Assembly (NCBI RefSeq): GCF_009914755.1
Contig: NC_060933.1
DNA length: 64,000 bases
DNA from: the human T2T-CHM13v2.0 reference genome, Homo sapiens
Strand: one strand, 5' to 3'
Below the pieces are notes generated by a model, which saw nothing but the letters and a program-made list of their open reading frames with translations, was not told the DNA's origin and did not search any database. Below, piece by piece: positions 1 through 16,125 of the stretch. A program made the translations under genes and the position numbers. Position 1 is the stretch's first letter. Each line of letters begins with the position of its first letter.

Positions 1-627
1 GTCTGAAGTCTTGCTGAATAGAATTACTGTGTGCTGGCATCATCTGGGACTTCAAAACTTGGAATATTTGCATCTACTTGTGTTTTACTGGCCAGTCTTA
101 AAAATAGAGTTTAACAGTTACATTTGTTGAAGTGGGAGGTTCAGTAAAGTGGCTACTGCATGCAAATTATTTCTCAAATCTAATTTATGAGGGTATTTAT
201 CCATGTAGAAAGGGATTAGCTATCCAAATTGGATTTTGCATGTTAAAATAATTAGATAACCACATACTTCCGTGAATTACACTGTTATAACTAAAACTAT
301 TTGTAGATATAAAATATTAAAATGGATTTTGTCTAACATCTTGATTTATGCATACTAGTTATATGAGAAAATCAAGTCATGATTTGATTGGATGAAACTT
401 ATTTGTGGCCTAACTGAAAATCTGAATGAGCCATTAATTGCACAGAATAGAGGGACAAACAAAATACCCACAAGGACTTGATGATTGGTAGTTTTGCTAA
501 GGAGAGAATGCATTGTTACCTGAGAGGCGAATCTTTAGACCAGTTACTAGAGCTGCTTGTTTTTGTTAAGACTGAAAGCAGGTGAATGATGCATGAATGT
601 GTCTTCTCTGGCTTTTTTTTCCTGTAG

Positions 628-877
628 TTTCACCAGTGATCATTAAAGAATGGGCAGCTTACAAAGGAAAGTCTCCTCAAACCCCGGAACTGGTTGAAGC
701 TCTTGCCTTCAGGGAGTGGACCTGCCCCAACCTGAAGAGGCTGTGGTTGGGTAAGGCGGTAGAGGACAAGAACCGCAGGATGAGGGCCTTCCTGGCCTGC
801 ATGAGGTCGGACACCCCAGCCATGCTCAACCCTGCCAACGTGCCCACTCACCTCATGGTGCTCTGCTGCGTCTTACG
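628..877 (+). CDS. FAM120A: FAM120A internal coding exon (probably exon 11; VSPVIIKEW...LCCVLR)
   Basis: Acceptor ttttttttcctgtag|, donor CG|gtgggt. 250 nt, phase 1 to 2. Translation recognised as FAM120A/OSSA. Confidence 0.95.
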
Positions 878-1267
878 GTGGGTGCCATGCATGGGAGCTG
901 GGACCTGGGTCCCCGCCAGGTGTAGGGGCCATGACCATGGTGTCAGATGAGTTCTAGAAAGGATGTAAAGTTTATTCCTGATCAATCATGTTGAAATTTA
1001 TTGTCATCCCATATTTATATATGTGATAGAAATGTAGGTTATGTAAATGCAAAATATATTTTAATTTATATGATACAGTATGTTTATAGGTATATTTTGT
1101 AAGCATGTATGGTATGTAAATATTATATAATGATTTTAAACATGGTTTATTATTTAAATATTGAAGATTTTGAAGGCTATAAGAGGGGATTCTTGTTATA
1201 TATTATTTGGAGTTCTTCTGTAGGGAAAATGTGCCACTTCTTCCCCCTTCATTTATTTAATCATTTA

Positions 1268-1480
1268 CAGTCACACATTGCTTAATGATGGGGATACATT
1301 TTGAGAAATGTATCATTAGGTGATTTTGTCATTGTGTAAAACATCATAGAGTATATACAAACACGGCGAGTATTTGTGTATCTAAATGTGAAAAAGGTAC
1401 AGTCAAAATATGGTATTATAATCTTATGCCATTATATATGTGGTCCATTGTTGACCAACACATTAGTGTGGCACATGCCG
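1268..1480 (-). mobile_element. Tigger3a-like (TcMar-Tigger) MITE, internally deleted
   Basis: Begins ta-CAGTCA and contains ggggatacattttgagaaatg and aaaaggtacagtcaaaatatggtattataatcttatg, which match the recalled consensus. Confidence 0.7.
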
Positions 1481-3127
1481 TATTTGTATCAGTATGGGCT
1501 CCTGTCCTCTTTTTATAGGGTCATAATCAATTCACTTGAGGTTATATCCAGCTCTGCCTTATCCTTACGCACATTGTCCCGGCTTATCCTTGGGAGCTGT
1601 CTTAGGTTGGCCCGTGTGACACACACCATCCTCTTGTTTTAGGAGAGCTTCCTTGCTTTTTTGCCCTACAAGATGCTTCAGGCACGCTTTGTGTTTCCCT
1701 GCTCCAGCATCAGCCATCTCTCCAAAGAGCAGCCCTTGTTCCTTGTTGTGAAAAAGGTGTCTGGAAACCCAGGTCTGGGTGCTGGTGTGGTCCTGCTGCT
1801 GGGATGTCTCTGTGTCTGTGCCCTCACAGCCCACAGCTCAGTATGGGTAGATACTGTTGACGTTTTGAAGTTCAGTTGAGTTGGGATACATACTGGATGT
1901 TCATTAGGTTTTGGAGTTGATTCGTTTGGTTTGGTTTCATTTTAAAAGAACTTCAAACATAGAGAAAAGTTGCAAGTACAATACAGAAACCTTTTTTTTA
2001 ACTTAAATACTTTACTGATTTTCTAACAGTTGATGGCATTTTACTTTATAACCACCAAAGAACCATCAAAATCAATCCGCAGTGATGCTGTGGTCCATTC
2101 CACCCTTCAGAGCTGTTAGGCTTGTTGTCCCAACAGTGTCCTTTATGACAAGGAACCTGTTCCTGTTCCAGGTCGTCTCTGCTTTCAGGAGTGATGCCCT
2201 GCCTGGGGGTGCACACCTCCTTCTGTCCCATTAGGCAGGACACTGGCTCAGAGGGTTTGGTGCAGGGTGACTGTGGCTTCTCCGTGTGGTGCTGCTCTCA
2301 CCTTTTGTAACCGTCTCACATGGAAGTGCTTAGAGGCCCTGTAAAGGTTTCACTCCTCAGACAGGCAGCACGTTTTTATCAGCATGAACTCAGAGCCTCT
2401 TGTTTCTCTAGGGGCCTTCAGCTCACTGCACCATCATCTGTTTTGATGTTCCCTTTGTCACCTTGCAAACTGGCCTTCGTCATCTTCTCTGAGCACCTCC
2501 TTTCTTCTCCACAGATGTTCTGCTTGCCCCTGTGTCTCCCTGCCTCAGCCCTGGGATCCCCATTTCTCCAAGCAGCCCCAGTTCTTCCAAGTGGGGGATG
2601 GCATTTAGAAGCCAGGCTCTCAGAGTCGGAGGTTCCGTGCTGCAGGAACTTTGCCGCCCTGGCCCTCCCAGTGCAGCATGAGGGATCCACCCCAACATTG
2701 CTGTTGTGTATTCCTATATCTCATTGAAAACAGTGGATTTACCCTGGTCCTTCCAAGCTGGCACAGTCCAGTGTCCCTCCCTGTGTTCATAGGGTACGGT
2801 CTAGCATCCTGCTGCATTCGTAGCTTCTGGCTCTGGCAGTGAGAGGCTTGGCTGGGAAGCCCCATGGCCCCTTACTTGGTCAGGATCCCTGTGTGGTGCA
2901 GTCCCTATTGCCCCTGTTTCTTTTGGGGCCTGTCTCACCCTCTGGGCTGGCACCGCTTTTGCAGGCATGACTGACCATCCCTCCCACTGGGTCCCAACTA
3001 CCTGACTTTAGGAAGGGAGGGACAGAGCTTATTCTTGTTTTTATTTCCTGGTGGTTCTTAAATTTATAACAAATGTTAAGGCCAATAACTTATTTAGGAA
3101 GATTCAATTAAATGGAGATTGACTTAA

Positions 3128-3532
<405 letters not shown>

Positions 3533-5518
3533 TGATAGCAAATTCAATTAAAGACATGTTTTTATTAATAACAATATTATATTCATAGAAAGTTTAAGAC
3601 TTTGGATTCTGTGAGATCAAATTAGCAATAATGAATTTGATTACTTTTTTTGTATTTTTCTCTTCCAAGTTTAGTGTGACACATGGCCTTTAATCTAGCA
3701 GAGCACCTGACAGGCCACCATATACTTGACCTAAGGTACATACTGGGACCCTGAGTGAGGACACACTCTGGGGCCCCGCGGCCATGGCAGAGGATGAGCT
3801 GCTGTTGCACTATAGGGGGCTAGGGTCACATCGTTTCAGCTTCGTGTTTAAGTTTGTGCTCAGACTCTTAATGCCGTCCCATCTGGTGTATTTACTCTGC
3901 CCCTCCTGTGGCTGGTGCCTCGTGGCCTGCTGTGTGTGAGCACTGAGATGCACGGACAGGGAAGAGGCCATGCATGCAGCTGGTCCTGGTGGCATTGTCT
4001 CCCAGCCCACTCTTTTGTTTGCTCCTCTCGATGCCTGGGGCCTGGCAGCGGAGTGCTGGCCCTTTCTCAGCAGTGATCCCAGAAACACCTGAGCCATCTC
4101 CTCAGCACTGTTGAGATGGCTGTCGGCAAGACAGAAATGAATGGGCACGGCCATGCTCCAGTAACCTTCTCTTTACAAACACAGGTAGCCAGCTCATGGC
4201 TACAGTTTTTTTTATTCCTTTATAGACTATTATCAATTTCTATTGGACACATGTTTCTTCACCATTAGAGTCAGGTGATGCATTTGGGGTGGAACCCCAC
4301 AGAAGGGGTATGGTGGTCTTCTCATTGCTCCCTAAGGGAATTTAGTTTTTGCTTTTACTAGTGATGTTAACATCGATCACTTGGTTAAGGTAGAGTTGGG
4401 CATACATATATTTTAAATGCTATACTATGGCAGCAATGGGGATGGACAGTGGAAGAATATCAGTCAAATCTCTAGAATCCCTGATAGCAGAGACGGGGGA
4501 TGGAGTCTGAGCAGAGGTTGCTGCAGTGTGAGGGTGCAGGCTGAGGGCACAGAGCAGAGCAGGTCTTTTTGGGGATGCAGCATGGATAAAATAGACAAGG
4601 CTCTTGTCCAAAAGCAGCAGCTTATGTTCTTGTAGGAGCAATATGGCAGACACAAAGATGCAGACTGGGTTAGGTTTTAGAAAAACTTGACTTAAATCAG
4701 TAAATACAGTAACAGGGATGGAGGGCATAAGGCTCCAGAGCAATGCTGGCGCCGTCAGTGTGTGCTCTAGAGGTGCAACCCGGGTGGTTGGTGGTCAGCC
4801 TGGGTGACACAGCAGGTGGCCCATGCTGGCTGAGGCCTGCTTCTCTCCTTTTGGAGCTCTGGCTTTACCCCAGCTTCCATGCTTGTAAAGGGCAGTGAGA
4901 GGAGATGGGGTCAAGGTCAGCCAGCCTTAGGAGGGCTCCAGAACAATTTATAATGCCCCCACCCTTCTGTGGTAAGGAAATGAAGGCTGTGGGAAGTTAG
5001 ACAACTCCCTGAGGCCCTATAGCTGTCTATATTAGCACATTAAGTGACATGTTCATAATCTGCTTGATTGCATGGAAAAGAACATGGAGAGAAAAAATTT
5101 CCAGAAATACCATAGATAGATTTAGTAGCGTAAAAGGGATCTGAAAACATTCTAAATGCACAGGTAGGAATTAGCACAAATAAATAAGCTGACCAAGAGT
5201 TAAGTTCTCAGCCGCTCTTATCTTGACTCTTAACCAGGATCTGTTTTGATATTTAATCTATGTATGTATGTATGTACCTAGTAATTCATACTCTGTATCC
5301 AGCAAGGTGTTCAGAGGACCTATGATGAGAAGGGTCTAAACACTAACTCTGTTATAGAAAGCCAGATGGAGGAAATAGCAGATAGTCTGACCAACAACAT
5401 TGTTTGCTGTCCTGGCGAAGTTGAATTCTGAGAGTCTTAGCTGCCAGGAAAGCCAGGAAAGATCTTGAGAGAACCAGTGTATCTGCAATACAGTCTTTTT
5501 CTGATTAAAAAAAAAAAA

Positions 5519-5790
5519 TTTTTTTTTGAGATGGAGTCTTGCTCTGTTGCCCAGGCTGGAGTGCAGTGGTGCCATCTCGGCTCACTTCAAGCTCCGTCCT
5601 GGGTTCACGCCATTCTCCTGCCTCACCCTTCCAAGTAGCTGGGACTACAGGTGCCCGCCACCACGCCCGGCTAATTTTTTTGTTTTTGTATTTTTAGTAG
5701 AGACGGGGTTTCACCATGTTAGCCAGGTTGGTCTTGATCTCCTGACCTCGTGATCCTCCTGCCTCAGCCTCCCAAAGTGCTGGGATTACA
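5519..5790 (-). mobile_element. AluY/Sc-like, lacking ~20 nt of its 5' end
   Basis: Diagnostic gggttcacgccattctcc and ttagccagg; ends at gggattaca. Confidence 0.9.
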
Positions 5791-5810
5791 ACATTTTAAA
5801 AGGAACCAAT

Positions 5811-6030
5811 AGCTAGGGGCTGAGGTAGGGAAGACTGGGGAGTTGTTGTGTAAGGGGAACAGAGTTTCAGTCTGGGAAGATGAAAGGAGTTCTGTGGATG
5901 GATGATGGTCATGGTTGCACAGCAGTGTGAATGTGCTTAATGCCACTGAACTGTACACTTAAAAATGGCTTAAATGGTAAATTTTTTGTGTATTTTACCT
6001 CAATTAAAAAATAAAAAGAAATTAAAATAA
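5811..6030 (+). mobile_element. L1MB-type 3' end fragment
   Basis: cagagtttcagt...gatggtcatggttgcacagcagtgtgaatgtgcttaatgccactgaactgtacacttaaaaatgg followed by an A-rich tail. Confidence 0.8.
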
Positions 6031-6164
6031 AAGGAATATAAAACATAGATACTTCAGGGCAAAGAACATTGTATATAATTTCTTGAGACAAAAATAGGAG
6101 GAGAGGACCTTCTTCATATTTGCTGTTTCTTGCATCCGGCCCTGATTAAAACTCAGTAAGACCA

Positions 6165-6526
<362 letters not shown>

Positions 6527-6714
6527 TCAATTGCAAAGGATGTGATTTTGTCATTGCAAATATTGATGGTTTAATTAAATGAAACTTTCACATCACTCTT
6601 TTATGTATCTCATCAAATATAAATACCATAGAAATGTAACATTTGCTGTTTGTTCTCCTTGAAATTGCATTTACATCCTACTTTTGCCACATTAATTTGA
6701 CCATGACGTATATA

Positions 6715-6850
6715 AGCTCTCTGTGCTTCAGTTTCCCCTTCTCTAAATTGGGATAATTATTGTTCCTGTCTCAGAATTTCTATAACAGTAGATGAGTTAA
6801 AGTGTGTAAGGTGCTTAGACCAATGCCTTGGCACCTAGTGAGCACGTAAA
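6715..6850 (+). mobile_element. MIR fragment
   Basis: Core ctctctgtgcttcagtttccccttctctaaattgggataat...gtaaggtgcttag...tggcacctagtgagcac. Confidence 0.7.
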
Positions 6851-7981
6851 CTTTCTACTTTGGGCTTCAACTGAAAATATATCTCAATGAGCTGTCTAGA
6901 ACCTCCCTTACTTAGTTTGTGTACCCATGGATGAATATTAATTAATACAAGAATGATTTAGTGCTCAGCACCAACTCTAACCCTGGGTTTTGTTAACTCA
7001 GATTTTAAGCACTGAGCAAACTTACTCTGCAGATGGGAATGGAAAGAGCTTTGTTAAGCATGTCACGGTTCTCTGAACTCCTTTTGAGTTATTTGCCAGA
7101 GATCACGTCGTAATCTATCATCAGAAGTTATTTTTAGTGATCAGCTGGCAACTTGATTAGGTTGTCCTTCAAGTTTATGGAATGCAAAGAACTGGGAACG
7201 TTAGACTTCAGAAAGGTTTATGACTAAGTCATTATAGTTAGCCCTTCACTTTTTCACGCCCAGACACTCCTTGGGGTTGTGCCTTGTGCAGTACTGTAGG
7301 GTGTTTGTGATTCAGGCAGTGCTGTTACTGAGAAGGGAAGGAGACTCCCAGGCAGACCTGTTCTAGTTGAAGTTGAAGATTTGGAGATTGATTGTCCTTT
7401 AGCAGCCACTTCAGGGTGGGCACATTTTGCCGTGGCTCTAGTGATGGTCCTACGCATTGCTTTTCTTGAGTCTGACTCCCGCTCACCTTGTGGTACTGGC
7501 CCTATCTTCGGTTATTTACCTGCTCCATGGACCTGCAGCTGCAGAGTGGCCAGGCAATGGTCTTTGCTTTTCATCTCGGGATTTGTCTTTCTTATTTATA
7601 CCTAGGGTCTGCCTCCTGGCTATCCTGGCTTGAACAAAAAAATGAATGAATCCTGAAAATTGGTACTTAGAATGTACTTCCAGGGTTTAAATGTTTCACA
7701 AGAGTGAGGTTGTATCAAAAATCACTGACTAGCTAGTTTTCAGTATCCACAATTCAGTGTGCTATTTTTAATTATTCTAAAGTAAAACATTCTGACATCC
7801 TGTTTTCATTTGTAATGGTATCATCAAATGAAAGTAGAAAAGTAGAAAAGCTGAATAAGAAATCACATGGGTCTTCTTAGCTCACATCATCCGGGATTTA
7901 CCTAGAACCTCCCACTGGACTTGTCTATATGACGGGCGACCACTCAGTAATCACCAACCTTTTGTTTCTGCCCCTCACCAG

Positions 7982-8096
7982 GTACATGGTGCAGTGGCCG
8001 GGAGCACGCATCCTTCGGCGTCAGGAGCTAGATGCCTTCCTGGCTCAGGCGCTGTCCCCCAAACTCTACGAGCCTGATCAGCTCCAGGAGCTCAAG
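7982..8096 (+). CDS. FAM120A: FAM120A coding exon (YMVQWPGARI...QLQELK)
   Basis: Acceptor cccctcaccag|, donor AAG|gtaatt. 115 nt. CG|G completes Arg in frame with the previous exon. Confidence 0.95.
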
Positions 8097-11000
8097 GTAA
8101 TTTATCAGCCTCATTGCATTGTCTTGGACAGTCTCACTTTGGATTTTGGTGTAATACTGCTAACTTTCAACAGGCAGAATTGCTAATTCTTTAAACTAAT
8201 TGCTTTAGTCCACTAAACTAATAATACTAATATGATAAGAACTTGATCAATCGCCTTCATGGCAAAAGGAATATTCCTTTCTAGTTATGGATTTGCTATC
8301 CCCAGTTTGGAAATGATTAGTCCCACTTTGTCAGAGAATGATTTCCCCTTGTTTACCATTGGATGTTTATTCTTATTTATCACATCATGAAATAAACTTG
8401 CCTTTTATATTTTAGGGGGGGATTCCAAACCCTGAGAGGGCTTGATCTTAAGAATTTTCTAACATCTAGCAAGGATTCTTTTTCTTATTTCATTTCATTG
8501 TTCCTAATTACAACTTTAGTTTTCTCTAAAAAATATTCTTTGCCCCTCAACTATTATAAAATCCCTTATAAAAAACCACTTGAAGAACGATGTTACATCA
8601 TCATTTCTATCCCTTTTTAAGTCAGCATTTAACATCATATTCCTTTTAATTTTGCCTTCTAGTAATTCCTTTTGTTCTTTAATTGTTTTGACAATATTGA
8701 TTTTTCTCCAAGTTGTCACCTAATTTTTCAGTGTGGATATCTTTTTTGGTATACTTTCATTAGTTACCTTGTTCACATGGTTGTAATTGCTTTCTAATTT
8801 CCATATTAAATTTTAGAAAGTTCAAGACTTTTCAAAGCTAGTTAAATTAGTAGATCAGCCTTTTCTTTTCAATGTATAGGGTTTTGTTTTTTTCTTTGCC
8901 ATCAGTTCTTGTTTTGTTTTATTTTGTTTTGTTTTACAGAGTTTGATTTGTAATCAGTTAATCTCTTTCCACAAAATTGCCTTCACCTTTAGATCTTTTT
9001 GGCATTCTTTATGAAGGCATTCTTTCCATGGAGGGGAATTTTAGGCTCACTTAATAGATTTTCAGTATTCAATAGTTGTTGCTTAATAAATTTCTAGTTT
9101 TCCCTAAATTATCATGTTAAATTGAGTAATTTGGTGTTAAGTGACCCTCCTCAATTGTGTGGAGCTCACCTGAGACTTCTTGTGACTTAGAAATAAGCTA
9201 AGTAAAAAAAACAAAACTTAGGAGAATTCACTTCAAATTGTGTTCTTTACTTTGTAGATCAAGCTTTTCTGTTTGTTAGACAGAAATTATTATTTTTAAT
9301 GTTTTTGAATTTACGTTTCTGTTTTCAATGTTTGGTCAGGTGTCCCCGTCAGGCAGTGTGGCTGGTGCTAAGTCAGGTCCTTTCCCGTGTCCTCACCTGG
9401 TTTGTCTCATCACCACCGTCTTCGTCACAGATTGTGCTTCAGGGGGTTGGAGATACTTTTGCTAGTGTGTGGTGCCATCCCTCTACCTCTACTCCTGTTT
9501 CTCTTATATAGATTATTACATCAGTATTGACATCCCAGTTCTGAAAATCAGACCGCCAGGTATCAGGTATGCCCACTAAGCCTTATTCACCATCAAGTTA
9601 CTTTTACTCAAAGTTCATCTTATATCCCATATCCTTTTCATTTTTGGATCAACACATAGGATATAACTTTTGAAAAACAATCACACTCTAAGCTTTCATT
9701 TTGGTTCTTTTGAGATCTTAGTGCTTTCATGGTTTTCTCCTGGTTCTTCATCTAAAGCCAGACATTTGTAGAGATATGCTCAGAAAGACATATGTATGTA
9801 TAGTAAACTTCAGTCTGACTCATCGATCCTCTGGGTCTTGCTTGTCTGGAGGTCGACAGTTCCCTTTAATAAGAGCAGCCTACACCTGTAAGTGCTTCAT
9901 TTTCATGATTAGTATAAATTCTGAGAAAGCTATAAGGAAAAATAGCATTTGTTGCGGGGGAAAGGCAGTTATTTGCTTTTTTGTTTTTTAAGATTGAAGA
10001 TCCTCTCAGCTATCATCAGATTGAGAATTGATAGGAATGATCATTATTTAAATGCTACAAAAATTCCTATGCAGAGCTGAGGGTTCCAAAATTCAGTGAT
10101 AGAAAATTAAATTCTAAAATTGCCTTTTCATTTAACCATTAAAATTTTTTGCAATATCAAAAGCAACAACAGTGCTTTGTTGTAATACACCATTCATAGT
10201 TTGTGATATAGTCAACTCTTGACTGTTAACTGGTGTGTCTGGGCCTGCTACCCAGTTTGTGGATTGCCCAGACCCTGTTTCTCTTCTCCCATTTATCGTC
10301 CACTCTGTGGTTGGCCATCAGAGGAGGAAAAGAGGAAGGAAAAACCCAGTGGTGACAGTTAGGACTCTTGTTAGCTTTTTCTGATGGGAGGTTTGGTGGG
10401 ACAAGACATTGAAACCATTAGTTACAATGAATTTTTAAGAATTTCATCTCATCCATGCTTTCTTCGTCTGCCATGTCCATGAATAATTGAGAGTGTTCCA
10501 TGTGGCTCCTTAAATACCTGTGACAGTGATTGATGACCCTCATTTTTCCTGTTATATTTTTTAAGCCCGTCTCCTAGGTTACCAGCATGAATGTAATTAA
10601 GGTAAAATTAGCACTGACCCCTGTGTTTTGAGGAGGGTGGGTAAAGGATGAGAAGGAACTTTGTACCATTATAGTATTTGTCCAGTTTCTTTCTCCCTTG
10701 CCTTGACATTCCTATAATTGCCTTAAATTCTTTTAACAGTTTCACATGCCAAGTGCAGAATATAAAAGATGGAAAATGAAGAGCTTTAAAGACAGTATTA
10801 GGGGCATGCAACATGTCTGTGATACGTGTAAGAATTATTTTGCATATAGGTAAATATGACAAATTGAAGTAAGAGTCTGTTGCCCAGTAATCAGATGTTG
10901 GACAAAGTAACTTTACTGGAATTTGGTTCTTGAGCTAATCGGTCAGAGAGATTAACTTCCATATTTGTATTTCTTATAAAGTCAGAATTTTTTGTCTGTA

Positions 11001-11523
11001 TTTCTCTAGTTGAGGAACTTTGGATGATATTGAATATTTTATCTCAATTGATATAAGAGAATGAAGTTAGAATGTGAATATTGCAGCTATTTTATAATCA
11101 AGGGTTCAGATTTGGGTTCTCCCAATTACCAGCTCTGTGACCTTGAACCCTCTGTGACCCGTCTGTACAAGGGAGTACTATTTAGAGGTGCCTGCATTCT
11201 ATGTTGTTTAGAGATGGCAGTGAGATAATGAAAAAAGCAGTGCTTGATATATATTTCTTAAGTTCCCCATAAATATTAAATGTTATTATTTATATATAAC
11301 ATTTAGGGAAAGAAAAACACCACATAATGTAAGTTTAAAAAATTTTCAAAGGAAGCAAATTTACACTGCAGTCAAGATTTTATTCAGATTGTTTATGCAA
11401 GCTCTTATTCTAAGAACTTTTCTCTATTAGATTAATGCTAATTGAACCATTAATTATCTTGAAACTATAAATAACATTTAAAAAATTCTTAAAAGTATAA
11501 TCCTTTAATGTTAAGGCCATTTG

Positions 11524-11525
<2 letters not shown>

Positions 11526-11585
<60 letters not shown>
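11526..11585. repeat. Perfect (AC)30 microsatellite
   Basis: 60 nt of uninterrupted AC. Confidence 0.98.
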
Positions 11586-11588
<3 letters not shown>

Positions 11589-11725
11589 CCTTGCTGCATT
11601 CTTCCTGTCAGCAAATTTGGAGATTAATAGTTTTAACTAGGGCGCTTGTGTGCCGTATACATCTGCTGCTGTTTCTTCAGTTTGGCAATGCAGATAGCCG
11701 TTTGCCGGGTAAATGGTTTTGGTTA

Positions 11726-12182
<457 letters not shown>

Positions 12183-13786
12183 TTAGAGCAGCATTTTCTC
12201 TCCCTAATCCTTGACCTGGATTCTCTGTTCTCTGGTGTAGGGCAGAGAGAGGGGCACGGAGGCCCCTGGGCTAGAAGCAGCGGAGCCCCACCTGACTGGA
12301 AGGGATTTGTGGTCATAATTTCTGCAGTGCAAGGGGCCAGGAGATGGGTGTCCTATTCATTCATGGGCCACACCTGTGCTTGGCTGCTTTCCAACAGGGT
12401 TGGCTCCCTCTTTCTGCCTTGAGAATTCTCCCTTTCTGCAGCTCAGAGGTGGGGGTGGCTGGGGTCTAAATGAATCAAGTACATTTTCTCCATTTTGTTC
12501 TAGTATGACCTCTCTTCCTCCACTTTGCACATAAATATAAAAATGCATCTAATTCTATCACCCCAGCCCTACCTGCCCCCAAGGGAACATTTTTTAGTTC
12601 ACTTCCCAACAACTGCATGGGAAAAGGAGGAGCTGGTGATGTACAATAGGATCCAGAGGTATAAACACCTTTTATAAATTGGTGAACAGACTTCTCCAGG
12701 TTTTGGAAGGTCAACTGTATTGTGAAAATTTAAAAAAAGGTTGGGAAACAGTGTTAGTTGATAATAGGAACTGTTAACACAAACAACAAAAACAGCAGAT
12801 GATTGTAAGTTTATTAGCATTTGGCACCAGAATGACCTTTTTCTCTTTAATGAAAAGCCCCTTTACCTGCCACATGTAGGCATTGCTTAGATTGATCTCC
12901 CATAAACATTGCATTCTTGAAAAGCCACCAAAGTCGGAAGACAAAAGCCAGAGCAGGGCTAAACTTTGATCCTGGATAATCCACAAACTAGGCCTTTCAC
13001 ATGCAGATGATCAAGAGTTGACTGTACTCGTGTTAATGTTTCTCACTCTGCTTATCAGACACTAGAAGCGTGGGCTCTACGTATAGAAGGTAGGCACCCA
13101 GCACTTAACACTGAGGGAAGTAAAAGTCTGCACAAATTCTAGTAGTATGTATGGTTCAAGAACCATATTTTTGTTGTCTTCTTTCATTTATAAGCTATCC
13201 ATTTCTCCAAAAGACATTTTGACAGTCTTATTAATAAGTTGCAATTAAAAACCTTGACATATAAAATAATGTGAACATAAAGTATAAATTTATTTTAGAA
13301 TGTAATTATACCAAATAATCTTTTAATGTAACTATTTAAAAATGCAGAATCTTAATAGAGTGTTCAGTTTTGACACTCTTTCTGTTAATACGTTACCTGT
13401 GTGCAGATCTGAAATGTGAAGTGTTATTTTACGAAGAGATTGTGGAGCCCTGGGCTCTAAGGAGACCACACATCATTGCTCATTTTGTCACACGTCAGCC
13501 TTAAGTACAGTGTTACTCTACACTGCGGAACGCTTTATAAACCCAACCTGAAATACTTGAGTATGTTTATAAAATATTCTCTTAAATTCAAATGTGTTAA
13601 ATCACATAAGTATTTCTGTTCAAATGAGGCCAGTGTTAGGTCAATATAAGGTAATGGTAGGACTACTTAGTGGTGCTGTTTTGTTGAGGAATATTCTGTT
13701 AACTTTGGAGAGTTTTACTAAGACTTTGAAAGAATTTAATACTGTAGTACTCTTATTCCATAGAAATTACTCTTTTCAATTTAAAG

Positions 13787-13996
13787 ATTGAGAACCTAGA
13801 TCCCCGAGGAATTCAGCTATCAGCTCTCTTCATGAGTGGAGTAGACATGGCCTTGTTTGCAAATGATGCATGCGGACAGCCAATCCCCTGGGAACACTGT
13901 TGTCCTTGGATGTATTTTGATGGGAAGCTCTTCCAATCCAAACTCCTCAAAGCCAGCCGGGAAAAGACCCCACTCATTGACCTCTGTGATGGTCAG
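13787..13996 (+). CDS. FAM120A: FAM120A coding exon (IENLDPRGIQ...DLCDGQ)
   Basis: Acceptor tcttttcaatttaaag|, donor CAG|gtatgc. 210 nt, phase 0-0, open frame containing PWEHCCPWMYFDGKLF. Confidence 0.95.
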
Positions 13997-14179
13997 GTAT
14001 GCTGCGGGGCCGGGTGGCTGCCTTTAACTGCAATGAAATAAAGCTCACTGGTTAAATCTGTCATCTTTTATACCATATTTATCATCCTGTGTTTCAAGAT
14101 TCTGTTTTAGGTTGGGCCTGGTACTGAGTGTCACTAAATATCACTTCAGTACCCAGGATGAGCCAAGCTCCTGATATAA

Positions 14180-15139
<960 letters not shown>

Positions 15140-15233
15140 TATAGTTGATAGATCTTATTTCTTTAGTGCTCATTTAAATTCAATTAAAACCCCCTGTGGA
15201 TGGCATTTTCACATGCTGGTCCTTGTCTTCCAG

Positions 15234-15417
15234 GCTGATCAGGCTGCCAAGGTAGAGAAGATGCGCCAGAGCGTCCTCGAGGGGCTCAGCTTCTCCAGGC
15301 AGAGCCACACGCTCCCTTTCCCGCCGCCACCTGCCCTGCCCTTCTACCCTGCCTCTGCGTACCCCCGGCACTTTGGGCCTGTCCCACCCTCTCAGGGCAG
15401 GGGCAGAGGCTTTGCAG
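15234..15417 (+). CDS. FAM120A: FAM120A coding exon (ADQAAKVEK...GRGRGFA)
   Basis: Acceptor ccttgtcttccag|, donor CAG|gtgagt. 184 nt, phase 0 to 1. Confidence 0.95.
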
Positions 15418-15987
15418 GTGAGTTGATTGGGACGTATTCCTGTGGGTAACAGATGCCAGATTCCTGTAAAGAAAGTGCAGCCCTTATAGGCAAGCCCATC
15501 TGCTGTGTTGACCTTGTCACTGTTGGTCTTGGAGATCCTGCAGCAGCAGTTCTTCAAGTCCGTGAGGAGCAAGTTTAATCCTGGAGATAGGGGAGAGGGA
15601 CCTGCTGATGCAGATGCAAAAGCTGCACCGTAAAATCTGTCAATCAAGCTGAAAACTCTGCTCACATTTTAAGATATATTTGTTTCTCATGTGTAAGGGA
15701 AAATAAACCCACCCAGGTCAGAGAGAGCCATCTTCCAGGACTCATCTCCCAGGGCCCTTCCTGAGCCCCATGCTAGTGCCCTGTTGAATGACCCACTGCA
15801 GGGAGGGTGGCCTTACAATACTGGTCCCCAGGGACCATGGGCACAGGACAGTGAGGTGACAAGAGGGGCCAGGAGACCCCTCCATGGCAGCTGGAGGAGG
15901 CAGGGGCCACTCTGCCTGAATACCCAGCAGGGCCCTGAGTCCTGTCCCTTACACTTCTCCCCTCTCTCTCTACCCCGGGTCCCACAG

Positions 15988-16125
15988 GCGTCTGTGGCTT
16001 TGGAGGCCCCTATGGGGAAACGGTAGCAACAGGCCCTTACCGTGCCTTCCGTGTGGCGGCAGCATCGGGACACTGCGGAGCCTTCTCAGGCAGTGACAGC
16101 AGCAGGACTAGCAAGTCCCAGGGCG
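15988..16125 (+). CDS. FAM120A: FAM120A coding exon (GVCGFGGPYGE...TSKSQG), symmetric phase 1-1
   Basis: Acceptor cccgggtcccacag|, donor GCG|gtaatt. 138 nt and open in the FAM120A frame, which the ORF track does not list. Confidence 0.88.

Noticed and set aside
12500-13020. Repeat-free AT-rich intronic stretch resembling a conserved enhancer
   Set aside because: Conservation cannot be judged from a single sequence and no specific motif cluster supports it.
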